The notes below the pieces were generated by a model. The model was not told the DNA's origin. It saw only the letters and a program-made list of their open reading frames with translations, and did not search any database. Positions 22,076 through 36,312 of a DNA stretch of 64,000 nt are shown piece after piece. The DNA comes from Podarcis bocagei (lineage: Eukaryota). Location of the stretch: the NCBI GenBank assembly GCA_964188305.1, contig OZ076886.1; one strand, 5' to 3'. A program made the translations under genes and the position numbers. Positions within the stretch are counted from its first letter, which is position 1. Every line of letters starts with the position of its first letter.

Positions 22076-25000
22076 ATGATTAAAACCTGCCCTCCATGCT
22101 TTCTGAGCAGGGAGAGTTGTGAATATTGCTGCTTACAACACTGGATGTTCTGAAGTTCCACCTAGAGGTTTTGTGCTTTTCTTTATTTGTATAAATACAG
22201 GTTGTTGTTTTCAGACCACAAATTATTTCTAAGTGTCATTTAGCTGGGAAAAGCTCTAATCTTCATTCCATATCTTCAAAGCATCACTTATATTGAGATC
22301 CTTATTTAATTAGTTAATGACTAGACTTTACAACATTTCAGTGGGGTTTTCTTTTCCAGAATTTTAATTTAATGGTGGCCGTTTATCTTAAAACTTCTCT
22401 ATATTGTCACTGTGGAGTAGATTCCACTTTGGAAAGGAACCGGACATTGCCCGTGTTAGCAACTATCTTAGGATAGGTCTGGGAGCTCACAGTTTAATTA
22501 ATACCATGTGGAGCAGGTTGGAGGACATTAACTTATCCTTTGCTTATTTTGTTTATCATCACTTGGGATAAACAAAGACTCTGGACTAACTTTCAGCATG
22601 ATTAACTCTGAATGGGTGGGCAGACCTGACCTTGTTATAATCAACACCTTGTAAATTATGGCAAAAGTGTGACTATTAGCTATACATTTCTAAAAGCAAG
22701 AGTGTTAGCAATTAATCTTGTATGGGACGGGGGCAAGACAGTGATGGAAGACTTAAAATTAACCCCATGTGGAGCACACATGGGATACTGTCAGATGCCC
22801 TCATGTGAGAAACAAAAAAAAAGGATATTGGCACTGATCCTATAAAAATAGTACACAAGATAAATTGATTGTGTGCCTCTGGTGTGGATTTATTTGTTTA
22901 CATGCGTGTTTAGTATACTTGAAAATTTCCCTCGCTTGCTACGACTCAGAACAGTTCACTGTATATCTCCGTATCTATACTTTAAAATAAACTAAAAATG
23001 TATGAGTAACATGGTTAGAATAAACCTATCTTCATTCTTATCTGTATTTGTTGAAACTTACAGCACCCCAGAAACATTTTTGTGTGTGGAAGCAAGCTTC
23101 AGAGTTGGGGAGTCAACATAGGGTACATCAGACTAGTAGCCCTAAGTGTATCCATCCGACACATGGAGGGCACCATCAAGAAGTCAGCTAGCTTGGCTGA
23201 CCAATCAAACTGCAGAGAAAAGAGTTGCTCTGGAGTCAGACAAGCATATCAACAAACTGAGCTCTGGTCCAAGCCTGCCAGCCTTGCCCCTTCCCTCTCA
23301 CTACCATGCCTTCTCCCACTGCCTCTTCCTCCTGATTGCTACAGAAAGCATCGGTATCTGGGTTACTGAAATGGAACGCTGGCTGCAGGATGCTTTGTTA
23401 ATGGTCTCTAGGTGGAGGCAGTGGTGGACAGGTGAAGGAAGCAACACAGGAGAGGGGAAACAAGAGTGATGGGCTTGAATTAGTACTTGCTGGTGTTGAT
23501 TGCCTGACAGGAGTTGTGGAAGCAGGCATAGTGAATGGAGCCCTGTTTGTCTTTTATTTCCGCTTAAGGCATTTACAGCCCAAACAATGTAGATCTTTAT
23601 AGGTTCACAATGGTATCTAGAACTGTAGCTTGATAGCTATATTTCCTGAAATTGTGATACAATACTGTTTTAGCAAATGTACCTATCAAGTAGCATCACT
23701 ATTGCGCTGTTGGTTTTACCTCTTTTTTGCCCCCTAATTATAAATGTAGCTCTATTTTGTGAGACCACTTTGGGGCAGCTGTGGCTGTTAAAGCCTGAAA
23801 TAAATCCTTGGAAGGTGTTTGTCTGTGTGGACCAACTTTGTGTTTATAGAAAAATGATTTGGTGTAAGACAGGGTGGAGGTACAATTCCTGCCACTACAT
23901 CTGCAAAGGAGAAGCGGAAGAACGCACACACTTTGAACCAGGAAGGCAAAATCTGTGGCCTCGTCCTGACACTTCTGGTGCTGACATCACTAGTCAGCAG
24001 TAACCTCTACTCTTGTTGACACAAGGAACAAACCCCAAAGGCCGTCTAGACATTGAGTTGGCTGCCAATTTATTCACTAATATCTGGAAATGCTCAGAGA
24101 TCCACTTGGAGGCAAACCAGGGGGAGAAGGAGGCTTGAGAAGGGAAATACCATTTCCCGTGTTATTTTTTAAAAATGGATTCCATTCCCTAGGCCAAAGC
24201 TGATTCTTGCACCTCCCATTTCCCCACCATCTGCTGACTGTGAGGTTAGAACAAATGCCAGTTTTAAAACTGTGTTCTCACATCATAGTTGCTGCTGGTC
24301 TCTTCTCTATGCCAGAACCTCTCCAAGTTATGCAGTTCCTTCTGCTGATTCTCTTGCCTAATGAAGTGGGGTGGGTGGTCATGAGGAAAAGGGCCTTTTT
24401 CAATGATGGCCCCCCAGCTGGTTTTTTTAAAAAAAGTATTTTTATTAAATATTTTTCTTGTTTACAAAAGCACATGCATTGTCTCTTTCTTCAGGTTGTG
24501 TTTTCTACAGATCAGTTAGATTTGTTGTGACATTGGTGTTATATGCAGTATAGGGTTGGGAAGAAAAGAAGTGGGGGGCGGTGGTGTGGTGTTGAATGCC
24601 CTCCTCAGAGAGGCTCAGTTGGTACTTGGTAGCATCTTTTGGCACCAGGTGAAGATCTTTTTATTCTCCCAGGCCTTTCAATTAAATGCTCTGGTGGGTT
24701 TTCAATTCTGAATGATTAAACCTGGTTTTATAGTGATGTTATACTACTCTGTGTTGGTTTTATGCTGAATTTTGTAAAATAGCATAGACATTATTAGTTT
24801 TAGCTTATTTTTTATTGCATTTTGTTTTGGGGTTTTTAAAAAAAAATTATTAAGTTTTGTAAACTTCCCAGAGGATTTGGTCGATGGCAAGTATAGAACT
24901 AATGTCTAAATAATAATAATAATTTTAAAAAATCTTCCGCGGATCATTGGCAGCTTCTAACTGTGCTGGGATTGGCTGCATTCATGAATTCCTAAGTGCT

Positions 25001-26243
25001 GCTGATCCCTGTTGAAAATCAGGTTTGTATCCAGTGCAGATCAGCTGATGGGCAGTGTCTGCAAGCCCTGTTTTCATTCTGGATCTTCCTTTGCAGCTTG
25101 ACTTGACTTCAATACCAGACTGCAAAAGAAGAAAGGAAAGAATTGAGATCACACGTAGAGCACTTGCCCAATTCTTTCCTTTGAAGCTGGGTAAGGTGAT
25201 TGACAAGTGGGTGCCCCTGCTCACTTGTCAGAGTGGCCCACATGAGTGTGGGAGCCAAAGATGTGGCTGACCAGATCCTGTTCCCTAATGCCGCCTGTGT
25301 TATTTCAATCAGAAGGGCCAAGTGGACTTGAAGAATAATTAGGGCTTGCTCTTCTAACCCTGTCACAAAACTAGCCCATGGTTTCAGTTATTATCAGACT
25401 GGAAAGGGAGTCAGCACAAAGGGCATAGTGTGGACTAAATACTTCACTGAGAGGAAACTCTGTGATTCAGCAGATCTGCCAAATCCTCCAAGAGGGAGGC
25501 AAAGGGAAGTCCGAAAAATGCTGAAGCATTTTGAGACGTAGGGATGAGGATGCAGGAGAGGATTTCCTGCTGGCAGGAAGGGAAGCTTTTAAAAATGGCT
25601 CTGAAAGGTCTTGAGTATTTCATCCTCAGCTTTGAAATTCTACACAGCTCCCATTTGCTTCTGTGATCTTCCCACTTAGCAAAACAAAGAGTCCGTATCT
25701 CTCTGGCTCTGACCAAACACCTGTTTTCGAAACTGCAGAGTGCATAAATGGAATTAAGTGTGAAAGTTTCTTAGACTGAGCTGTCATGAGCTGTGACAGC
25801 TGAGTGATGATAGGCATGTGGAGCTGGGGACACAGTCATGCAGCCAAGGGTTGACTTTACGGAAATGCCCCCTCCCTGAATAACACGCACATGCAACAAC
25901 CAGGAGAGCAGTGGGAGCAAACTGGGAACCGGCACATATCATCTGCTGCTCATGGGTAGGAACGTAGTGTTTAGAAGATAAGCACAGAAAGGCAGAAACT
26001 GATCATAAAAAAGAAAACCCAAAGGCTGCTATAAGAAAGGGCAGGGGATAACCAGGAAGGACAAAGGAAGAATTCTGTGTAAGCCACTCACACAATTTGC
26101 CTTTGGCAAATTACAATGAATTGCCAACATCCTTGTACCAGTAAGGAACAATTGTTTTACTCACCTGTCAGTTTGCCAAAGGGTGTTTCTGATATGTACT
26201 AGTCACTGGCCAATGTTATGCTGTGGGGTAAGGGTTCATAGTC

Positions 26244-26420
26244 CAGGGGTGCCAACTTGAATAAAATATTGGGAAGTGTGTGTCAGATAAACCCCGCCCC
26301 ACATAATCAATCACAAGTCATGGCATGCACACACCATTTGAATGGCAATGTCCATCAACTTGGGGGGGGGCAGCCCCCTCAAATCTTTTATTGGGGGCGA
26401 AGGGCTCCTCTGGTTCATAC
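26244..26420 (+). mobile_element. hAT-like non-autonomous element (same family as 8156-8372)
   Basis: Starts CAGGGGTGCCAACTTGAATAAAATATTGG. Confidence 0.55.
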
Positions 26421-29400
26421 ACATAACCAGGTTGTAAAGGGCAAATAGTCACAGATCGTAAACCGCTATGCAAACTCTTTAAAGTGTTTGCATGAATTTC
26501 TGTAGCAGATTCTGCATTACGATGCCAGTGTTGGCACAGCCCTACAATCCATGGCAAATGTATATCAGTTTTTGCTTGCTTATGCATCAAGTGAGACTAC
26601 CAGAACAATGGCACAAAATAATTGCAAAGAATCTGTGCTGTCACTGAGCAATCTGAATGTTCCACGGTAAGTCCAAGGAATCAAATTAATGGAAAAATGG
26701 GTACCACCTAGGGAGGGCAGGAGGAAGCATCCCCCTTCTCTCATGACTACATAATCATTTATCATCAATATCTCTGAGAAAGTGCAATGCTTCTTTGTAA
26801 CTTGGTGTTGAATATATTCAATAGCAGGACTTGAAGTTTGCTATGAACTTTATCCCCACTTCTACCACCAAAATTTGAAATGGTGCCCTTGAGGAAAAAC
26901 ATGATAATCCTCTTCAAAACTTCCAACTACAGCACTAGTAAATCCCCCGTTGGAGGATTTCAGATTGATATTCACGGATTTCTCTGCCACCCACATAAAA
27001 ATTAAAAAATTAGGTTTTCTTATCATAATAAATATTGCAGCTGTTACATTTCCAGGTGGTTTCTTAAGATCTTCATTTACAACGTTGCAGATAAATATGT
27101 TTGCGTTCCCTTATGTAGGTTAAAGTAGTAAGGGTTACATGAGGAGCTTGTGAAAAAGTAACTGCATGTTTTAAAAGAGACAGAACCCCAACCACAAGAT
27201 TGATTCCAGGGGGGGGGAAATGTATTGTGGCACCTCAAAGATAGGAATAATGTGTCATGGCTTAAGCTTTCATGAACTTATGAAGTGATGTGTGGGCCAT
27301 GAAAGCTTTTGCTAATACTGTAGTTAAAAGTGCTACAAGATTTTTTTGCTTTTGATGCACAAACTTAACACAACTACAGGTACCCCCGAAAGAACTCAAC
27401 TGTGCATTTTCTCTCTCTCTCTTTACAACTCATGACCTGTGCATATCTTGGTATTGTTTAGTTCTCAGGAGTGTTTTCTGTAATGTTAAAAATCAACTAA
27501 AAACATAGGTGGGGTGTTCAGTCCCCCCTTTACTTTGTTTTAGTAAAAACAAATAACAGTGAACAACAAAAAAAGTAACTGGACCACTAAATCTTGTTGC
27601 TAACCTGTCAGTACACCAAGGACTCTTTCTGATTATGCATGTTGCAGTCATTAACAAATGCTGTTTTAGGGAAATTATCCCCCTTTTCCCAGCAATGAGC
27701 TATCCATATCAAGAATAAAGAGGAATGGAAACATGCCAATAATGATATGGTTATGCACAAGATATCTTGAGTCAACAATCTCAATTAATAGAAGACGTTT
27801 GGTGACAAGTACATTTAAGCAATGGCAGACAATCAATCCACTTTGGATAAAGATCCTTGTCTGCAGTTTGCCCCTTTAAAAACCATAAACTGAAAGATCA
27901 AGGATAGGAATAGGAAACCCAGTTTTCCAGAAATAGACAAGGTGTCAGCGGATGCAGAATCCTGCTTCCTTTTTCAATGTCCCCATCAATCCAGTTGTGT
28001 TTATTTTACTATCCTGCTGCCAGCTCTCTTGGAAACCATCTTGAGAAAACAAATATTACTGGAGTTGCTGCATGCCTTTTTAATTACACTAATTCTTTCT
28101 CCATGTTAATAGTATGTGAATATTAGAATAATATATGCACATATGAGACACAATGACTCATACTTTTTACAGCTGCATGGATGCTATATGTTAACTCGTC
28201 ATCATGTATGCGTGTGAGCTCACTTGATTTCCTCCATGAGGCTCTGGAGAAAAAACCCAAAGGATGAAGGTCACAGCATATAAATCTTGGAGAGAGAGGA
28301 AGGGCATTATAGTCTAGCAGGAGTATCTCCTTCACACCTTGGGGTTTTACTTGAGACACAAACCATCTGCATGTCAGTCAGCTGCCATTTCATAGCAGAC
28401 CTCCCTGTGAAAATCAACTGTCTGGAGGGGCTGGTTGCAGGCACCAGTGAGAATTTCAACCTGGTGGGATCAACTATACAAAGTGTCTATACAAAGTGGT
28501 GATTTTGGATTAGAGGGAATAGAGTTGCAAATGAATCTGGAAGAAGGGATTTTTAAATTTGAGGATCAGATCCTGCCTTTGTGTTTACTTCCACAGCTGT
28601 GAATGTAACAGCAAAATGACTACCCAAAGATTGCGGTCAACCCTCTGAAATGCGCTCAAGCATCCAGTTGTTGCCAGACAACCATCATTTTAAGGGGCTT
28701 CTTGTTTTAGAGCAGAGATGGTCACCTTTTTTTGCCTGAGGGGCACCCTTGGTCAACTCTCGCAGTCCCCTCTCTTGAGCTCATCCAAGTAGCTCAGCTG
28801 AGTAGGGTGCTGTCTCCCCAGTTATCAAATGATTAATCTGATAACTAGGAAGGGGTGAAAGATCCATCCCATCAGGGTCATGGGATTCTAGTGCAGTGTC
28901 AACTTTAGCGTTTTTCTTCTTCTCTTTTTGCTGCTGTTGCAACAAAAATGGGGGGGGGGGACAACAGAGAAAGTTTGTTTGGAGGGGTGTCATGTGGCTC
29001 CTAGGCCCGGTATTAGCCAGCCTGGTTTTAAAGAGTTGCTTCTCACTTAAGCAGGGAATTAGCATGGTCTAGTAGATAAAATGTTTGATTGCAGAAGTCA
29101 TGAGTTCAACTAGAGATCGCCTAAGGGAATCTCTTGAGCCTTCTTTGGCTTTCTATTGTAACTTTTGAATAATTGTTGTGAATATGTATAGGATAAATAT
29201 TTAAAAGCATCTTCTTCCTTTTTAAGAAAATGCAATGTAACTGATGAATAATTATTATTTCCAAACTATAGGAGTACAGAATACCATACAATGTATATCC
29301 CACCACTCACCATTATTTTTTTCACACTTTAGCACACTTTAGACCACAGCATAGCAACCTGTGTTGTTGGTGTGATGAACTGGCAATGTCACACCCTGTC

Positions 29401-29580
29401 ATTGACAGACTTTAGAGAAGAGGTGGAGACACTTGCCCATGAAGTTGGAAATGATAATTAGAACCAATTAAGCATAAACAACAACAGCTGTTAATGTACT
29501 AATCATTTACTATTCCGATTTTAACTCTCACACTTCTCTCTTAATGAACTTTACTCACTGCCCCTCAGCTGAATTTAACA

Positions 29581-29717
29581 CAGGCTTCCTCAACCTCGGC
29601 CCTCCAGATGTTTTTGAGACTACAATTCCCATCATCCCTGACCACTGGTCCTGCTAACTAGGGACCATGGGAGTTGTAGGCCAAAAACTTCTGGAGGGCC
29701 GAGGTTGAGGAAGCCTG
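29581..29717. mobile_element. Young palindromic hAT MITE
   Basis: Perfect 28-bp TIR CAGGCTTCCTCAACCTCGGCCCTCCAGA and perfect 8-bp TSD ATTTAACA (29573-29580, 29718-29725). Confidence 0.92.
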
Positions 29718-32700
29718 ATTTAACAGATGTTTTAACTCCCTAGAATGCTGCCGCCTTAATTCTCAGTATCACAAACACTTTGAATACCTATTGCTCTTGG
29801 AACTAAGCCAGATGTACATGTGATTATTGAACATGGGTTTGCCAGGGTAAGGGTTAATTTCTGAGTCTTAAAGAAGCAGTAATTGTTGTTGTTGTTGTTG
29901 TTGATAATACCCTGCCCTTCTGGCTGGGTTGGCCCAGCTACTCTGGGCAGCTTCCAACATATATAAAAACATAATAAAACATCAAACAGTAACAGTAACA
30001 ATCTGATCTAATATAAAAAGTCACAATAAATTTAAAATAACGTATATCAAATACGTAAAGCAATATTCAGTCATCCTTTAGAATCTAATAGTAAACAGTA
30101 AGCACATGGTTGACAGAAACAAAACCTGCCCTCTCCTTTACTCCACATGCTTTGCTGCTTTAATGTTCTTTCCCCTCCAGCCAGCTTACTTCTGGTATCA
30201 GAACTAGGCTGAAGGTAAAAAGTTTTAAAGCAGCAGAGCATAGAGAATAAGGCAAGAACAGGCTTGATTCTTATAGGGTTTATCACTTTAGAGCCAAACT
30301 GGCAAGCATGAATGCTATAAACACACATGCATCTGGTTTGGTCCTTCCTCCAATGCAACATTACATCTTTAGTTGCTACTGGTTCAATTTTAAATGTTAT
30401 ATTTACAGCCCAAGAAACCATGATTCACTGATGTAGGAATGAGTGAAAAGCTCCACCACTCCCTGCTCTGAAACCTTCCCTCTTCTTCTTCTTGTATGTT
30501 TAGCTGCAGAAGAACTTTCCTGGTTTGTTAAGACATAGTTTCCTGTGGTGTCTGAATTCAGAAACTTATCCTGATCTGAAGGGAGCACTTAAATCAGTTT
30601 CCCAGGCTGACATCACAGTAAACCATGGCTTAACAAACCAGGAAGTCTTATTTGAAGCCAAGCATGGGAGAGGGGAGAAGATAAAACACGCAAGCTCATT
30701 ACTTAAGAATGAAATGCCAGGATGCTGAAGAACAGGGCCAACCATCCAGATGTGGAATCAGAATAACAAGCCTTACTTATAACATGTGCTTTTCCAGATT
30801 ATTTCAAAGGCAATGTACCTAGAGCAGCAATTATGATTGTCACTAACTTATTTTGAAAGCTCCTTTTTACTACGGCAAGAGACAGCAGTTAAAAGGGAAC
30901 AAAAGATGAATCAAGGAACGTAGGACACATTGATAGGAGGGGTGGTTCCAAGATGACTGGTCAATACTACTGTCATCCTATGTTTCCCGCATTCCACCCC
31001 CCACCCCCCAGTACAATAAATGCAGTTTATGGTGTATTCCAAGGGATAGTTTGTTCCTTTTCCTGTTGTACTTGTGGAGAGCCTCAGACAGGATACATCT
31101 GCAGGAATCCCAGAACCTAAACCTGCACAGACCGTACATTTTCTTTCTCTCCCCCCTCCCACCCCCTGCAACCCTAGTATAGTGCTGTTGCCTAACAGGT
31201 CATAAAGCTAAGAGAGGTGTCTTCAGTTTTTGTTATTTTGCATCCTTCCTTGTATCCTCCACCCAGTTCCACGGGACAATATTTGTGCCCAGCCCTCTGA
31301 TCAGTTCTCATGAGCAGAGCAGAGGAGCACCTATCTCTGCCCCAACCATTGTTTGCATGTTTTGCCTTTACCTAAAGGAAGCAACATGGGTTAGTTGCTG
31401 GCAGGGACATTGTTTCTAACAATGTGTTAGATAAATAAATAAATCCCAGCATTCGTAAGGAGGAGAGCTGTTTCGCAAGAGACCCATGAGTGACACAGTT
31501 ACATCTGCAGTTTCTCCATCTTCCTGCTGATGTAGCTCCGCTCTTTGAGAGCACCAACAAACAATCCCCAGCAGCAAAATTTGTGGAAGCATAGAGAAGG
31601 GTTTAGTGTGCAAAGCAAGGTGGTGTTGTGCCTTAAATATGAGAAAGCAAGACATTTCACATAGGTTTCTAGAGGGTACTTAACCCACGACACTTAGAGC
31701 TGTCATCCTTCAGAACCAATTACCTTCCTAATACACACACACATTGAATGCAATCCTATGTATGTTTACCCAGAAGTAATGGGGCTTGTATCTCAGTAAT
31801 TTTGTTTAAGATGCAGCTGCAGTGACCCATGTTTTAGAGGCAAGGAGTTCTCTCATTATAGAGTGATAATGTCCTGCTTCAATGGGGGGGGGGGTCCTTA
31901 AGCCCTTAGTACACTGATTTCAATGCCTGTTATGATTCTCCTCAGGACACCTCTAAACATGTACTGAGGGACAGTGAAATTGTTCCTGTGTCAATAGTGT
32001 CTAGCCATCTGGAGCCCAGAATTTATACTGGAGGCAGATATGTCCAGCAGTAAATTGGATATAAAGATTTGTATTCAGGACGGATCGGAATTATTTTTGT
32101 TTCAAAATGGTTATATTTTCATGGGATTTCACAAAAATGCTTTCATTTATTTTCATTAACACAGAACACATTTTTTGTACAACATCCAAAAGTTTTCCCC
32201 ACCCCTTCTGTCTTTTCAGTCTAACTGTTTTGTTAAGTGATAGCTTCAGGGAGAAAAAGGATGCTTAACCCTTTCTAACTGTACCTCTTCCCTTACTCCC
32301 ACTCAGCCATTCTGTTTTCTTTCATCCTGCACTGCAAGTTTAGAACAGGTTTCCACTGCCCATTTGCAGTTCCATCTTGAACTAGGAATCTTCATGTCCA
32401 GGGAAAGGATCTTGTTTTGTGAGCAGCCAAGCATGGATTACATGTGCTCAAGCCACACAGACTTGTTCATGTTCATAAAGATGTTTTGCATGAGCACCCC
32501 AGGCTTTCCTATGGAGGGAATTATTTATGTTCACAAGAACTGAATCCCCATTCTGCACCTCAAAATGTACCCTTGTCTGAGAAGAGACTGGGGAGGTGTT
32601 TCATGTACACTGCATCATAGCCAACTTCCCACTCCAGCTACTTCTAGATATATGCATATGTTATTAATATTTATTTTTCATTTCATTTCTATACTGCTTT

Positions 32701-35436
32701 ATATTTTTACAGAAAAATCTCAAAGCGGTTTACAACACATTAAAACATCAAATAAAACCATCCAGAATAAACATTACCAAAGAAAGTCAAATATAAAGTA
32801 TACATTAAAAGTGACATAATTAACAGGAAACAAAAATATTATTTTAAAGATTTCAAAATAAAACATTGTGAGGGAGGTCAGCTACAGAAAACACATTTAG
32901 CACAGCAAAGTTCACACAAAAAAACTTAACCATTTCAAAAGAAAACATTACTAAAGGAAGTCAAATATAAAATGTACATTTAAAACATCATAATTAAGAA
33001 GAGAATAAAATATTATCATAAACATAGAACATATCTTCTGCTGTTGCTGCCAAGTCCTGCCCATAGTAATTAATGGCAGGTGGTGGCTGCAGAAACTCAG
33101 GCTCAATGACCTGGGTCTGCACTAAGTTTCTGATGTTCGCGGTGTTCTGCATGCACTTCTGTAAGAGAGGGGTAATATTCCATGTACATCCTCATTGCAC
33201 ATGGCCATAATCATCTTCACATTGAAATGAGGTGGGAAATGTGAATGCAGGAGTTGCGTGCACATGTCAGAATGCTCACAAAGCTCAAAGACCTACAATA
33301 CTGAAAATTAGATGTGTAGCTTGGCAAACAGAACAAAGCCTCCAGATACTAGGAGCCAAGACTACGCTTGCTCAACTGAGCAGTGCGTTCCTCTTGCTTT
33401 TAGCTTCAGGGCCTAACAGTTCAGGCCACTAACTCCATTGGAGTGTCAGGGGCTGAATTTGGGTGTGGCTTTAATTGAGGAATGATATGAGGAATGAAAG
33501 ACAAGTTAACCATTAAAAAAAAATTAAAGTCCTTCCTCTTGACTAACATGGTGAAAATGAAAGCCAGAAGGACTTCAAAAAGCAGAAGGCAATAAAAATT
33601 AGTAACCGTGACCCTGAGTCCTTTTAAAGTTAGTGGTGGAAAAATGCATGTATATAGGGACAGACCTCTCAGCCCAGTGCCTTCTCCATCTACATTATCT
33701 TTCATCTCTCCACCTCACACACTCACATGCAGCCTTGTGCGTGATGTACATGGATGCTCAGTCTTGCTCTGATTCTCCATCTCATTCTTCTCTTATTACA
33801 GTTCATTGGTTGTTGCTGAGTGGCTACGTGCTAAGTGCACCACTGAGGGTCTATTCTTGCTTTACTTTACATGTTTTGCTTTTTCGGAAGCCACCATGAA
33901 GGATGCTACCTCGATAGTTTTGCACAGTGAAAGTTTTCCATAGGAGAAAGAACCTCTGAAAACTAGAAGTCAGAAACTCATCCACCTATGACAAGTATTG
34001 GCTCCTGCTGCTTAAGGACACTTCCTGAGCTGAATGCACTGACCAAAGCTTTCTCTACTATTTTGACCTCTAAGTAGTCAAATGTTCACCACCTAAGACT
34101 AGGCCTCTGTAGTAGCTATGTTACCAGCACAACTGTGTATCTGACAAGTGTCCAGGTACTTGTACGCCAAGGCCAATGGTTGACCTATCAGAGCGCTGAT
34201 CATGTGCTTTCAGATCATTCATTGGCCCCTCTGGACCTACCCATGCCCACTGTGGGAAATGAACAGTGGAGGTGCTATAATTTCCACTTGTTGCATCTGG
34301 GTTCTTGTCAACTGCTGTAAAGTTTTCTAAATGGAAGGAATCTGAGCATGCCCTAAAATTTGTCTAAAATATAGCCCAAGAGTTTTGGACCATAGCAATA
34401 AGGTGATACGTGTTCCCTCCACCGCCACCCTTCCTTCTGGAAGTTTCTTCACGCTTTAGAAATCATGATGCTAAATTTTGTGAGCAAAGTGGGGCAAGGG
34501 GGAAGCCACAATAAGACACTTGAGAGTGGGATGTGAGGGATCCACCCCCATCCTGCCATTCTGTATTTCTGCTGTGGCTCCTGTCGCTCCCATTATTACT
34601 CCTGTTACTCCGGCCGCTACTACAGGAAAAGCATGGTTGGGAGACAAGCATGTCCGGCAGAGATAGAAGCTCGAGACTGCTGATGCAAGCCCAGTTTCTA
34701 AAGATATACCTAGTCAAATGACCACAGTCTGTGTGGCTTCTTGGCAGGAAGGAAGTGTAAAACAATTAAAAGGAGCAAGGATGTCTACACAAAACTAGGT
34801 TTTGGACAGGTCATTCTTATGACCTGGGTGCTGCCCTGCACGTTTCTCAGCCGCCTGTGGGAAATTGCTCCCCAAATGCCTTCTCTTTTCTGATTCCCTT
34901 ACCTGCTTTCCCAGATTCTAATTTAGCCTGGGGGAACATGCCCTTTCTCTTCCTGATTGCCATCCCCCTCAGCCTCCCACTGTAGTTGTAAGCATATAGG
35001 ATGCAGCAGCCAAGGAATGCAAATATTTTAAGTTCCTCTGGCCATGGTGTTTCTGAAAAACAAATACTGTTTTACTTATAAAGCACCATGTACATAGATG
35101 TTCGAAGTGTAATTTATTTCTTACCATTTATTAATACTGTAAGGGGATACTGCACTGCTTAACTCATTCATTAAAGTAGCAGTCAACAGTGTTACTGGGA
35201 TATGAATCAACATAAGTTCAAGTGCTTACAGATATTTTCTCCTTTTGTAAAAGAGAATGTGTGAATTTAAGGTGACAGATCTTTCCTGTGTTTGCAGGAT
35301 GCCCATAACCAGTAGACTGAAACTCGTGAAGCAAATCTTGATATACTACTACTAAGTGTTTCCTCCAATGTTAATTTATTTTCTATTTATAAAACACTTT
35401 TTAAAAAACCACCTCTTTAAGTTTTGTGCAGCCTAA

Positions 35437-35994
35437 GGGCTTATCCACACTTACCTTTCCGCTGCTCTTTCCAGACACAATCTGCACTTTAAAGCTCCGT
35501 GTCTGAGCACCTTTTTTTTTTCTTCTCTGCAGTTTCCCCCTCCTGCTCTTAAAAGCTCAGTCAGAGCAAATGGCAATCCAAATGGACATTTGCTCCAGTT
35601 GAGCACTAAAGAATAGGTTTGGGGTAGAGATGGGAAGGCCTGGGGGGTGGAAGAAAAATTGGGGGGGAAGGGGACCAGTCCACCCCCCTTTTCCCCCAAA
35701 GCCGTTTTTTTCAGTTTGGGAAAAAACGGGGGGGGGGGGACCTGGTTTTCCAGGATTTTTCCAGGCCATCCCTTCTCTAGTTTGGGGCAAAAAACAAAAA
35801 CAAAACACGCAGACACTGAGCTTTTAAGTGTGGACCTGTGTTTGGAAATAGCAGGGCCAAAGGTAAGTGTGTTGTTGTTGTTTAGTCATTTAGTCATGTC
35901 CGACTCTTTGTGACCCCATGGACCAGAGCATGCCAGGCACTCCTGTCTTCCACTGCCTCCCGCAGTTTGGCCAAAGGTAAGTGTGGATAAGCCC
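35437..35994. mobile_element. PIF/Harbinger-like MITE
   Basis: TIR GGGCTTATCCACACTTACCTT with TAA TSD at 35434-35436 and 35995-35997. Confidence 0.8.
35872..35968 (-). mobile_element. 5'-truncated BovB (RTE) LINE 3' end nested in the Harbinger MITE
   Basis: GTCCGACTCTTTGTGACCCCATGGAC BovB tail motif, (CAA)n tail on the minus strand, and 17-bp TSD GGCCAAAGGTAAGTGTG at 35855-35871 and 35969-35985. Confidence 0.85.
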
Positions 35995-36215
35995 TAAAAA
36001 ATAACAATGTATAATTACAACACTAAAACAAAAACCCAACCTAAAATCTATAAAACAACAATATAAAAACACATATAAAAGTGAATAAAAAAATTAGACA
36101 AACCTGAAATATCAAGCGTAGTTAGCTCATGATGGATGATTGAAAGAACTACTAGAGTAGATAATAATGAGTGACTGTTGTTCTTTACTATGAACTTGTT
36201 TCTTTTTCTCCCTAG

Positions 36216-36312
36216 ATCTAGTGAGTGGCTATTCTATGACCCCACCCACACTCAGCATCACAGAAGAAGAATACGTGATCAACGCTAAGGACACACTGAA
36301 TATTACTTGCAG
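36216..36312 (+). CDS. FLT4: FLT4 exon 2 ([33 protein letters not shown])
   Basis: Polypyrimidine-TAG acceptor, 97 nt, GTAAT donor. YSMTPPTL is the VEGFR3 mature N-terminus. Confidence 0.96.
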
